Of a stretch of DNA of 43,722 nucleotides, positions 8,760-16,544 are shown in pieces. Under the pieces are notes generated by a model. The model was not told the DNA's origin and made no database searches. It worked only from the letters and a program-made list of their open reading frames with translations. Positions within the stretch are counted from its first letter, which is position 1; each line of letters begins with the position of its first letter. The stretch spans positions 1 to 43,722 of IMG/VR virus record IMGVR_UViG_3300045988_028128. One strand, 5' to 3'. The stretch is from a virus. The translations under genes and the position numbers were made by a program.

Positions 8760-10313
8760 TTAATTGCGCTTTTTGACCCCTCGGCGTTGTTGTGCATACG
8801 GAACAATATTGCCGTCTACAATTTCCTTTTCGTATATTCCCGTCAATCCGTCCTCCGGGTCGTCGTGGGTGTTGGCATCAAAGTTACGCAAGAACGTTGT
8901 TACATGGTCGTACACGGCTTTGTATCGGGTTTCCCAACCAAACGGCATAATAACGTGTTGGTTTACCATTGCGGACGCTGTAACAATCCGGCTTTCCTTA
9001 TTGCCCCCTTGATAAAATGGGTCGGTCATTGCCCGGATTTTCTTTTTAATTATCTTTTCGTAACCCGCACCACCGTTGTTGCTCTCAACCCATACTTTTT
9101 GCGTGCCGTTCCGATTTATCATTGCCGGGACGGTTACGGTTGTTACGTCCGTGTTTTCGTCCGTCATTTCCATATCGGTAATAAGGGCGAACAATAACGG
9201 CTCCATGCGCTTTGTTTGCTCGTTGAAAACCATATTGTCCGACTTGTATATGTCATACGTTGCGGCAAACAATAGGTCGTCCCCCTCATCGGCAACGTCA
9301 ATGTATGCGCCGGAACGTATGTACGTGCCGTAATCGGATTTTTCAACCCACGTTTTGAAAGGCTGATACAATCGACCCTCGGCGGAACCGGGGTTGCCCT
9401 GATACAAGCATTGAAATTGCACCGGGTCTAATGCCTTTTGCCCCTCTAATTTCAAACGGTTGTGTCGCCCCTCCCATAATGCCGCCCCAACGGGTCGGGG
9501 GTCAAACTCGGTCGGTTGTCCGGTTTTTAATGCCTCAAAGTTTATGCGAACCCACGCCCCGGCGGGTATGTTCTGCAAATCCGCCCAACACGTAACATCA
9601 ATAATGATTTCCCCGCTTTTCTCAATCCGTCCAATCAAATCGTCGTCGTGCCAACGGGTAAAAACAATCAATTCTTGACTATCATTGTGTAACCGGGTAC
9701 GCACAACGGTTGTGTACCATTTCCACGCCGCCGCCCGTACTATTGGGCTGTTACCCTCGGCGTAATCTTTATACACGTCGTCCAATATCGACACGTCAAC
9801 CGTTTTAGACGTCAACGAACCGCCACGACCAACAACACGCAACGACCCCTTACGCCCGACCATTTCGATAACATCTGAATTGCGCAAATAGGTATTTGCC
9901 ATTGTTACGACGTTCGACCCGTTCAAAAAGGTATCCGGGAACAATTCACGATACCGGGGCGTGTCGATTATACGTTGGACGTCCCGGTTAAAATCCCGTG
10001 CAATGGTCGCCGCATAGGAACCAATACAAACTTTGGTATCCGGGTTCAACCCCAACATAAAAGCGGGTAATTTACGGCTTGACCCCTCGGATTTCCCATG
10101 TTGCGGCGGTTGCTGTACAATCATCTTTCGTATTTGCCCGTGTGCGAACATATCCAAAAGGGTATAATAAACGACGTGGAACGGCTCCAATACCAAATCG
10201 GGTTGCATATACCGGGCAAAGTTGATAAGCCGTTTACGTGCCGCCGCTTTAACCAACAAATCTGGTTGTTGCCGGATTGCGTCGTACATCTGCAATAATT
10301 GTTCGTTCGTCAT
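8760..10313 (-). CDS. terL: terminase large subunit
   Basis: 517 aa. It has a Walker A-like QQPPQHGKSE and a Walker B-like VSILDDVYKD. The C-terminal nuclease-type acidic motifs are YIDVADEGDDLLFAA. The start overlaps the upstream ORF. Confidence 0.9.
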   Translation of the reverse strand: MTNEQLLQMYDAIRQQPDLLVKAAARKRLINFARYMQPDLVLEPFHVVYYTLLDMFAHGQIRKMIVQQPPQHGKSEGSSRKLPAFMLGLNPDTKVCIGSYAATIARDFNRDVQRIIDTPRYRELFPDTFLNGSNVVTMANTYLRNSDVIEMVGRKGSLRVVGRGGSLTSKTVDVSILDDVYKDYAEGNSPIVRAAAWKWYTTVVRTRLHNDSQELIVFTRWHDDDLIGRIEKSGEIIIDVTCWADLQNIPAGAWVRINFEALKTGQPTEFDPRPVGAALWEGRHNRLKLEGQKALDPVQFQCLYQGNPGSAEGRLYQPFKTWVEKSDYGTYIRSGAYIDVADEGDDLLFAATYDIYKSDNMVFNEQTKRMEPLLFALITDMEMTDENTDVTTVTVPAMINRNGTQKVWVESNNGGAGYEKIIKKKIRAMTDPFYQGGNKESRIVTASAMVNQHVIMPFGWETRYKAVYDHVTTFLRNFDANTHDDPEDGLTGIYEKEIVDGNIVPYAQQRRGVKKRN

Positions 10314-10534
10314 GGTTGCACCTCCTTTGGCTTTGGCTCAAACTCGGCGCACGCTTTACGCCCTCGTAAGATATGCCATTGTTCAAACGGACATGTAAGG
10401 CAAATATATTTTCCCTTCCAATCCTTATTTTGGTGTGTTTCGACCCAACGGGCGTGTTTACAGTCGCCGCAAATATGATTGGTTCCCGGTGTTACGGTCG
10501 TGCCTCTTTTCGGGGCGGTTGCTTTCTTTGCCAT
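10310..10534 (-). CDS. small Cys-rich (zinc-finger-like) protein between terS and terL
   Basis: 74 aa with CGDCKHARW ... CLTCPF ... C. Overlapping start/stop codons join it to both terminase genes. Confidence 0.55.
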   Translation of the reverse strand: MAKKATAPKRGTTVTPGTNHICGDCKHARWVETHQNKDWKGKYICLTCPFEQWHILRGRKACAEFEPKPKEVQP

Positions 10535-11208
10535 TATTGCACCCCTCCTTTCTCAATAACCGTGCGTTGGAACTCGGCGGATTGCAGTTTGTCAGCAAGA
10601 GCAAACAACATATCGTCCGGGATTGCCTTAACATCGTATTTGGGTTTGTCGTCGTCCGTCCCGGCATTGTATCCGGGTATCTCAATTTTAACGGGGGCGT
10701 CAAATCCTAACATCTTTGCCCGGCGTTGTTGAACGTTCAAAAGCAAGTCCAAAAACCGGGGGTTCCCGGCGGACGTTTCGTTGGTCGTTTCGTCATATCC
10801 ATACCAATCCGTTGTTTTTTCCTCCTCGGTTAATACCTTGCGGGGTTTGGCGGACGTGCGGTTTTTTACCCGCTCTTTCCCGGTTTTGGATTTTTCCCAC
10901 GCCTCCCACAATTCAACCTCCATTTTATCCAATTTGCGCAATTCCTGTGTAACGTAATCGTCTATATTATCCATACGCTCCCGTTTCCATTCGATTAACA
11001 ATTTTTGCATATCATAATAAACCATTGTATGCGCAATTGTGTAATCAATACCCCGTCGTTTTAAGTCAGCGTTTAAAGCGTCTGCAATTTCCCGGTATGT
11101 ATAACCACGCAAAAACAAGTTTGCACAAAAGGCAACATCATATTGTTGTTGTTCTTTCGTGCGCTTATTTCCTTTTGGGCGACGACGCCCGTTGTTTTCC
11201 TTTGCCAT
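10534..11208 (-). CDS. terS: terminase small subunit (putative)
   Basis: 224 aa. It has a basic N-terminus, then an HTH-like segment (LFLRGYTYREIADALNA). It lies immediately upstream of terL and is the first gene after a ~290-nt non-coding region. Confidence 0.65.
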   Translation of the reverse strand: MAKENNGRRRPKGNKRTKEQQQYDVAFCANLFLRGYTYREIADALNADLKRRGIDYTIAHTMVYYDMQKLLIEWKRERMDNIDDYVTQELRKLDKMEVELWEAWEKSKTGKERVKNRTSAKPRKVLTEEEKTTDWYGYDETTNETSAGNPRFLDLLLNVQQRRAKMLGFDAPVKIEIPGYNAGTDDDKPKYDVKAIPDDMLFALADKLQSAEFQRTVIEKGGVQ

Positions 11209-11321
11209 TGTTCAAGCTCTTTTAACGTTCAAACAGAGTATAAAAACCGTCCGGCGTCTTTTATCGGTTTGTCGGCTTTCCGTCCTTTGGTCTGCCTTTC
11301 CTCCCTTTGAGTTCTTTTCTC

Positions 11322-11351
11322 TGTTTGCCCTCCTTAAAACGTGTTTGCCCT
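11322..11351. repeat. direct repeat TGTTTGCCCT x2 (20-bp spacing) upstream of terS
   Basis: TGTTTGCCCT occurs at 11322..11331 and again at 11342..11351, inside a CT-rich non-coding tract (CCTTTGG, CCTTTCC, CCCTTTGA). Confidence 0.6.
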
Positions 11352-11506
11352 TTACAAATTATTTGCGGGGAATTTTCATTTTAAGAGGCTTTTGTTATTA
11401 ACTCAATACTTTTATTGCCTTTATGGTTATCTATCAACCACGGGTCAAATTTACGCATTTCCGGGCAATATTCATCCCTTTGTTGCTCCCTATCTATAAA
11501 CGGCAA

Positions 11507-11531
11507 AACCCCGGCGATTGTTTCCGGGGTT
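11507..11531 (-). terminator. rho-independent terminator ending the early transcription unit
   Basis: AACCCCGG-CGATTGTTT-CCGGGGTT is an 8-bp stem. On the minus strand it is followed by TTGCCGTTTAT. It lies 8 nt downstream of the stop at 11539. Confidence 0.6.
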
Positions 11532-11538
11532 ATTTGCT

Positions 11539-11709
11539 CTATTTATCGGATAGAAAATTATAATATGCCTCTTTGAAGTTTTCAGCATACCACGAATTTA
11601 TAACGTCTTTCGTAACCTCTCTATCCCACCACTCATATTGCCGTTTCAGTTTATCAAATCGTTTTTCGTAATCCGGCAAATAATGTTTTATAAAATCGGA
11701 TAATTCCAT
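11539..11709 (-). CDS. small hypothetical protein (56 aa, not in the ORF track)
   Basis: Manual translation gives MELSDFIKHYLPDYEKRFDKLKRQYEWWDREVTKDVINSWYAENFKEAYYNFLSDK followed by TAG. It is AT-rich, is the last ORF before the early terminator, and has a helical, protein-like composition. Confidence 0.45.
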   Translation of the reverse strand: MELSDFIKHYLPDYEKRFDKLKRQYEWWDREVTKDVINSWYAENFKEAYYNFLSDK

Positions 11710-11721
11710 ATATTTTAATAC

Positions 11722-11913
11722 TTAATATTTGCTTTGATACCTCCCATTTGAGCAACGACAATGCGGTTGGGTTCCACGGGGGTTGGTGTATTCCGTTCCC
11801 CCTTTCATTGTCTTTATTGCCAAACATACCGGGGCGGGTTTTCCATTGACCGGGAATTGCGGGTTGAAATGTCGGCACGTTTCGCACCTCTTTTCCGGTT
11901 GTGGATTATCCAT
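11722..11913 (-). CDS. small Cys-containing hypothetical protein
   Basis: The track ORF is 11722..12006. The internal ATG at 11913 (MDNPQPEKRCETCRHFNPQF...) gives an 8-nt overlap with the upstream stop, which is typical of this genome. Confidence 0.45.
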   Translation of the reverse strand: MDNPQPEKRCETCRHFNPQFPVNGKPAPVCLAIKTMKGGTEYTNPRGTQPHCRCSNGRYQSKY

Positions 11914-12340
11914 TGTTTCGCCCTCCCTTTCGTTTGTTCTTATTTCGGCGACGGTTCCGGGGATTATTCCGGGGGACGTCGATACGGTGCAATTCGATTT
12001 TCGCACCGGGGAACAACTCGGCGATTAATTCCGCAACCCCGGCAACCTCTTTGGGAACGTCGAACGCTTGCGGCTTGCGGTACTCCCTTTTACCCTTCGG
12101 GCGGGCGGCTCCTTTTGCCTCCATTGCTCGGCGCAAAGTACACGCCGGACAATTACAAACATCGTCGTCGTCCGGGGCGTCATTGCGTACCCCGTCAGCG
12201 GCGGCAACTTGCAATTCATTTTGGGCGTTCAACGTGCTAACCAACAAATTTGCCAATACCCAATCCGGCGTATTCAAATCGTTGTCGATACCGTGGCGGT
12301 TAATCAATTCCGCCAATTCCTGTGCAAATTCTTTTTTCAT
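11906..12340 (-). CDS. hypothetical protein
   Basis: 144-aa ORF with a GAGCGATGA start context, an acidic centre and a basic C-terminus. Confidence 0.55.
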   Translation of the reverse strand: MKKEFAQELAELINRHGIDNDLNTPDWVLANLLVSTLNAQNELQVAAADGVRNDAPDDDDVCNCPACTLRRAMEAKGAARPKGKREYRKPQAFDVPKEVAGVAELIAELFPGAKIELHRIDVPRNNPRNRRRNKNKRKGGRNNG

Positions 12341-12348
12341 CGCTCAAT

Positions 12349-13065
12349 CTATTTTTTAGGTTCGTAATGTCCGCATGCCTTTTGGTCGCACGTTGTATTA
12401 TCTTTTACCGTGTCGCAATATCCGACGCCCGCAAAATCGTCGTGCCGCATATTGGAACATTCTCCGCAACGGTTCCCCGCTCCGTAATTTCCGACAACGT
12501 GGCATCCTTTCGGCTCAAACTCGGCGTCAAATTCCCGTTTCGGACGGTGTGAAAATTTCCCGTTGTCCTCTCTGATAATGTACCACGTTTCCGGCGTGTC
12601 GATAATCAACCCGTCCGGGCTAACAAACGAATACATCGCAATTCCTCCGGGGATACGGGGGATTGTCATTGTGCCGCCTCCGGTAAATCGTTTGATGGTT
12701 TCCAAATTATCCCGGTCAACTTGGATTGCGTCAACCTCTTTTAAGGTTCTGCAATACCGGGTTCCCGCCGTGGCGTCCGGGGCGTCGTACTCGGTGCGGA
12801 TTTCGTCCGCCATGCTTTCGGCGTCGTCAACATAGGCAACATAATATTCTTTGCAATTATCGACGTCGTTTAACATGATTAACCGTTTACCCAATCGCCC
12901 CCGGACGGCATTTTGCATCGCCGTAACTGTGTCCGGGGAATTATCCCCAATCGGAACGGAAATTTTGTATATGGTTGCGCTTTCCTCAACCGTGGGTTCG
13001 ACTTTCATAATGTCGGCAATCATAACCAACAACTCCCCGTCGAAAGGGGTTAATTTGCTTTTCAT
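12349..13065 (-). CDS. hypothetical protein with a Cys-rich C-terminus
   Basis: This is the C-terminal 238 codons of track ORF 12349..13320. ATG 13065 has the recurrent GAGCGATGA context and follows the stop of another frame at 13070. The C-terminus reads CGECSNMRHDDFAGVGYCDTVKDNTTCDQKACGH. Confidence 0.55.
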   Translation of the reverse strand: MKSKLTPFDGELLVMIADIMKVEPTVEESATIYKISVPIGDNSPDTVTAMQNAVRGRLGKRLIMLNDVDNCKEYYVAYVDDAESMADEIRTEYDAPDATAGTRYCRTLKEVDAIQVDRDNLETIKRFTGGGTMTIPRIPGGIAMYSFVSPDGLIIDTPETWYIIREDNGKFSHRPKREFDAEFEPKGCHVVGNYGAGNRCGECSNMRHDDFAGVGYCDTVKDNTTCDQKACGHYEPKK

Positions 13066-13069
13066 CGCT

Positions 13070-13345
13070 CTACTTTTTGAATTTATGAAACAATTGCCGG
13101 AAATATATTTGCTTACGGTCGTTCCGGCTGTAACGGTCGCAATGCCGCCCGGTAAACGGGCAATCGGTTCTCTCAATTTTGCAACGTGCGCATCGACACG
13201 GGAATATAACGGGGTTTTGTTCGTGCAATCGTTGTGCGGCTTTCGTCCAAACCTCGGCGATAAGCACAACCCCGTTATACGTGCAACGTTCCCCCGGCTT
13301 GTACTCCTTATCCGGGTCAAACGGTTGCGGTTCCCGTACTCTCAT
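13070..13345 (-). CDS. hypothetical protein (frame assignment uncertain)
   Basis: The 5' half of this frame looks protein-like (EPQPFDPDKEYKPGERCTYNGVVLIAEVWTKAAQ). The 3' half looks less so, while the alternative frame looks better there. See the finding on this region. Confidence 0.3.
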   Translation of the reverse strand: MRVREPQPFDPDKEYKPGERCTYNGVVLIAEVWTKAAQRLHEQNPVIFPCRCARCKIERTDCPFTGRHCDRYSRNDRKQIYFRQLFHKFKK

Positions 13346-13616
13346 TCGCGTATGCAAATAGGGCGTCCAAATTTTCCGGGGTTCCCTTTACGGAAATACG
13401 CACGGTATCGCGGCCCGTTAACCCGATTTCGATAATCTCGCAATCAAATTGGGCGGCGTTCTTTTGGATAACCCCGGCAATATGATTGGTAACGTTTTTT
13501 GTTTCTGTTTTCATCGCCTCGTTTTTAAATTGATAATTCATTATTTCGTCGTCGCTTGCGTTACACGACAACAACAATACGGTTGCCAAAGATAGCAAAA
13601 TTAACCGGGCTTTCAT
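13317..13616 (-). CDS. lipoprotein
   Basis: 99 aa. The signal peptide MKARLILLSLATVLLLSC has a lipobox (LLSC). Confidence 0.7.
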   Translation of the reverse strand: MKARLILLSLATVLLLSCNASDDEIMNYQFKNEAMKTETKNVTNHIAGVIQKNAAQFDCEIIEIGLTGRDTVRISVKGTPENLDALFAYANESTGTATV

Positions 13617-13867
13617 AGTTTTACCTTTCGTTTAATCCATATAAACCGGATACCAACCCCGACAAACAACGTTTTCAATTCAACGTCAACGTAACGGTCG
13701 TAACCGTTGACCGCATCGACGGACACGCCGGGAACGATAAACCAACTTTTGTATTTCCAATATTCCCGAACGTACACACATATACCAAACCGCCAAATAT
13801 GAAACCCAATTTGCGCCGTATGTACATCGCCATTGTTTCGGATAACTCCGATTTCCTTTTTACTCAT
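13613..13867 (-). CDS. hypothetical protein (hydrophobic/aromatic-rich)
   Basis: 84-aa ORF with 4-nt overlaps on both sides. Confidence 0.5.
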   Translation of the reverse strand: MSKKEIGVIRNNGDVHTAQIGFHIWRFGICVYVREYWKYKSWFIVPGVSVDAVNGYDRYVDVELKTLFVGVGIRFIWIKRKVKL

Positions 13868-14370
13868 TTCGTTGCCTCCTTTGTCATTTGGTAACTCTCT
13901 TTATCCATAACCATTGCCGTTGGATATTCGACAATAATACCTTTGGTATAAACCAAATTATAAATTCCTAATTGACCCTTAATTGGAAATTCCACTACCC
14001 GCCGGGGGTTGCGCATCAACCACCCGTAACCCTTTGTAATGTTTTTACGTTTTTCGACCGGGGTACGTGTTTGCACCCAATCCTCCGGGGTAAAATCTTT
14101 AACGGGTTTTACGTCGTACAACTCAACAAATCCCAATGTTACCCCGCTTTGTCGTCCGGCAATTTCCGGTTTTGTTGACGAACAAATTAAAATATCGCCC
14201 CGGTACGTTGTGTTTCGGCTTCTAACCTCAATTGACTTTTCGCCAATAACGGTTCCGTCGTTCTCTGTATATGCCGGGGTAACTAAATCCCCGGCGTACG
14301 GCTGTTTTACTGTTAACGCCCTCCAACGGTCGTGTTGGTCGGGGTTGTATTCTTTGTTATTGTACTGCAT
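13864..14370 (-). CDS. ASCH (PUA-like fold) domain protein
   Basis: 168 aa. ALTVKQPYAGDLV...GEKSIEVRSRNTTYRGDILICSS matches the ASCH N-terminal signature (xIKQPWA...G.K..E.R.w.t.yRG.llI) as I recall it. Confidence 0.6.
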   Translation of the reverse strand: MQYNNKEYNPDQHDRWRALTVKQPYAGDLVTPAYTENDGTVIGEKSIEVRSRNTTYRGDILICSSTKPEIAGRQSGVTLGFVELYDVKPVKDFTPEDWVQTRTPVEKRKNITKGYGWLMRNPRRVVEFPIKGQLGIYNLVYTKGIIVEYPTAMVMDKESYQMTKEATK

Positions 14371-14488
14371 TCCAAATTGCGTATAATATGATTAATACTA
14401 TTGCGCAAATAAATGAATATCCCGCCAATCTGTTTGCGCTTTCCAATTGGTCGGGTCGTTTCCCTTGGTTCTCAAATTTTTGTTCCAT
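14357..14488 (-). CDS. tiny tail-anchored membrane peptide (43 aa, not in the ORF track)
   Basis: Manual translation gives MEQKFENQGKRPDQLESANRLAGYSFICAIVLIILYAIWNAVQ followed by TAA. It bridges the 101-nt gap between the radical SAM and ASCH genes and overlaps both ends. Confidence 0.35.
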   Translation of the reverse strand: MEQKFENQGKRPDQLESANRLAGYSFICAIVLIILYAIWNAVQ

Positions 14489-15308
14489 ATCCGAATATGT
14501 TAAAATTTCGTTCAACACAATATCCGGGCAATTCCTCCCGCTCTATTTTGGCGGCTTTCAAAAACCTGTCTTTCCAATATATTCGGGCGGCGGGCTTTAT
14601 AGTTTCCCAAAATGTCGTAACGGCATTGTAAAACAAATCAATTTCACGTTTCGGATATTTCGCCCCGCTTTCCAAACCTATTTTAAACAAGTCCGTCCAC
14701 GGATACGCCAATTTAATAACCGCCAATGCCCTATGGAATGAATCAACCGGGATTGGCTCAACACTTGCAAAGGTGCGGAACCCGTGGTTTTTTGCTCTTT
14801 GTAAAGCAACGACCCGGTATTGGTTGGGACTTGCTTTTGGTTCTAATTCGTCGCATCCGGTTAATGTTGCTCCAATAACAATTTTTGAAACATCCCACCC
14901 GGACGACTCGGATATCTTAATTATAGCCTCCATACCCTCGGCGCATTTGCTCAACAACTTGACCGGAACTTTGTGTTTTTGGCAAAAATCAATAGCCAAT
15001 ACCGTTAAACCTATCGTTTCAGTCAATAAAGGGTCGGTTGTAAACGAAAAGAATAACCCGCATTTTTGCAATTCCTCCTTATTTGCCATTAATTCGGCTT
15101 GAAACATTTGCATTGCATAAATTTCGTTTTTCAACGTTTTTTTCAATTCCGCCGTATCGCCTCCCAATACTTTTTTGCCCCTGCCTTTTTTCAAATAACA
15201 ATAAGTACAACCGTTGGAACATCCAACGTAAAAATTAGCCGCCCAATACGAATATTCCCCGGCTTGACCACTTGGGTTGTATATTACCAGTCCGTTAAAT
15301 TCTTTCAT
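14472..15308 (-). CDS. radical SAM enzyme (SPL / DNA-photolyase-like COG1533-type by motif position)
   Basis: 278 aa. The N-terminal motif is FYVGCSNGCTYCY, which is CX3CX2C. It has a GAGCGATGA start context. Confidence 0.65.
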   Translation of the reverse strand: MKEFNGLVIYNPSGQAGEYSYWAANFYVGCSNGCTYCYLKKGRGKKVLGGDTAELKKTLKNEIYAMQMFQAELMANKEELQKCGLFFSFTTDPLLTETIGLTVLAIDFCQKHKVPVKLLSKCAEGMEAIIKISESSGWDVSKIVIGATLTGCDELEPKASPNQYRVVALQRAKNHGFRTFASVEPIPVDSFHRALAVIKLAYPWTDLFKIGLESGAKYPKREIDLFYNAVTTFWETIKPAARIYWKDRFLKAAKIEREELPGYCVERNFNIFGYGTKI

Positions 15309-15319
15309 CGCTCAACGTG

Positions 15320-15730
15320 TTAAAATGGTAAATCGTCGGGTTGGTCGGGTGTGGGCGCATCCGGGACGGGCGGCGGGGCTTGTGTCGTTCCGGCGGCTTT
15401 GGGCGTCAACATTTCCATATCGGTTGCGACAACCTCGGTAATGTATCGTTTTACGCCGTTGGCATCGTCATAACTCCGGGTACGTAATTCGCCCTCAATA
15501 TACAGTTTGTCGCCCTTTTTGACGTACTGATTGGCAACCTTTGCCAATCCATTTTGCAACACGACGTTATGCCATTCGGTACGCTCCGGGATTTTCCGCC
15601 CGTCCTTTGTGGTAAAACCTCGTTTCGTGGTTGCCAACGAAAACGTCGCCACACAACCCCCGTTGTCGAACTCCTTAAAATCCGGGGCTTTCCCGGTGTG
15701 TCCCAATAATGTAACTTTGTTTACGCTCAT
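15320..15730 (-). CDS. ssb: single-stranded DNA-binding protein
   Basis: 136 aa. The OB-fold SSB signature is VNKVTLLGHTGKAPDFKEF...TEWHNVVLQNGLAKVANQYVKKGDKLYIEGELRTRSY. It has a Pro-rich linker and the canonical acidic tip DDLPF. Confidence 0.95.
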   Translation of the reverse strand: MSVNKVTLLGHTGKAPDFKEFDNGGCVATFSLATTKRGFTTKDGRKIPERTEWHNVVLQNGLAKVANQYVKKGDKLYIEGELRTRSYDDANGVKRYITEVVATDMEMLTPKAAGTTQAPPPVPDAPTPDQPDDLPF

Positions 15731-15734
15731 AATT

Positions 15735-16091
15735 TTAGTTTTTAAATTTGATACCGTCGAAAAGGTATTGCCGTTTATTATCCGACCAACCCGCCGCCGT
15801 GTTCAACGCCTTGCGGTCGTCGTCGTGTACAAACTCGCAATACCATGAATTACCGCCCAAATTCGCCTTTTCTTTGAGGCGTACCAATTTACCAACAATG
15901 TACCGGGCAAATTTAGCGTATGCGCTCGTTTCGGATATATGGATAATGCGGCGTTCTGAATTTATTTTTGGTAAATCTGCGATTTCCGGGCGTTTCTCCT
16001 CGGCGGGGTATCTTTGTACCCTTTGAAAATCCCGTTTAACAGACGACCGGGAAATTGCCCCGTAATCGGTTGTTCTCTTTTTTGTTCTCAT
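15735..16091 (-). CDS. hypothetical protein
   Basis: 118-aa ORF, tightly packed (stop at 15735, next start at 15730). Confidence 0.5.
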   Translation of the reverse strand: MRTKKRTTDYGAISRSSVKRDFQRVQRYPAEEKRPEIADLPKINSERRIIHISETSAYAKFARYIVGKLVRLKEKANLGGNSWYCEFVHDDDRKALNTAAGWSDNKRQYLFDGIKFKN

Positions 16092-16541
16092 TTACCGGAT
16101 TTGTAATTGTTGATACTCTGATTTCATTAACTCAATCAACCGGACGTTCGCCGGATATATCCGCATGGTTTCCCGTTTTCCATTCTCCCAATATGAATGA
16201 TGTTCAAAACATAGTATATTTATATTTCTTGCATCGTGCGCCATTTCGGGAAATGCTCCACGGGTCAATATGTGGGAACAATAAACGGCGGAATAATGCC
16301 ATAACGGTTTCAAACATTCCTCGCATTGGTGCGGCTTATGTTCCCAAATCCACCTAAAAAACCGTTCGTTTGCCTGTGGGATATTCCCACGACCAAAAAC
16401 GCAATGCCCGAACAATTCCCGTTGGATTTCCACACGCAACCGAATATCCATTGTAAACCGTTTGTAATCCAATAGGGGGCACCCCCCCCTATCGGTTACA
16501 AATTGGTATTCCTCCCGGTCTGTTAACAATATCGGCTCCAT
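16092..16541 (-). CDS. HNH / NinG-like nuclease
   Basis: 149 aa. It contains CEECLKPL ... SHILTRGAFPEMAHDARNINILCFEHH, which is a Cys pair plus H..N..HH of a beta-beta-alpha-Me fold. Confidence 0.5.
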   Translation of the reverse strand: MEPILLTDREEYQFVTDRGGCPLLDYKRFTMDIRLRVEIQRELFGHCVFGRGNIPQANERFFRWIWEHKPHQCEECLKPLWHYSAVYCSHILTRGAFPEMAHDARNINILCFEHHSYWENGKRETMRIYPANVRLIELMKSEYQQLQIR

Positions 16542-16544
16542 GTA

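Noticed and set aside
11446-11453. TAAATTTG box as the late promoter for terS
   Set aside because: It matches TAnnTTTG but has no TTTG at the N19 position, and it lies about 240 nt from the terS ATG. I keep it only as a remark within the regulatory-region finding.
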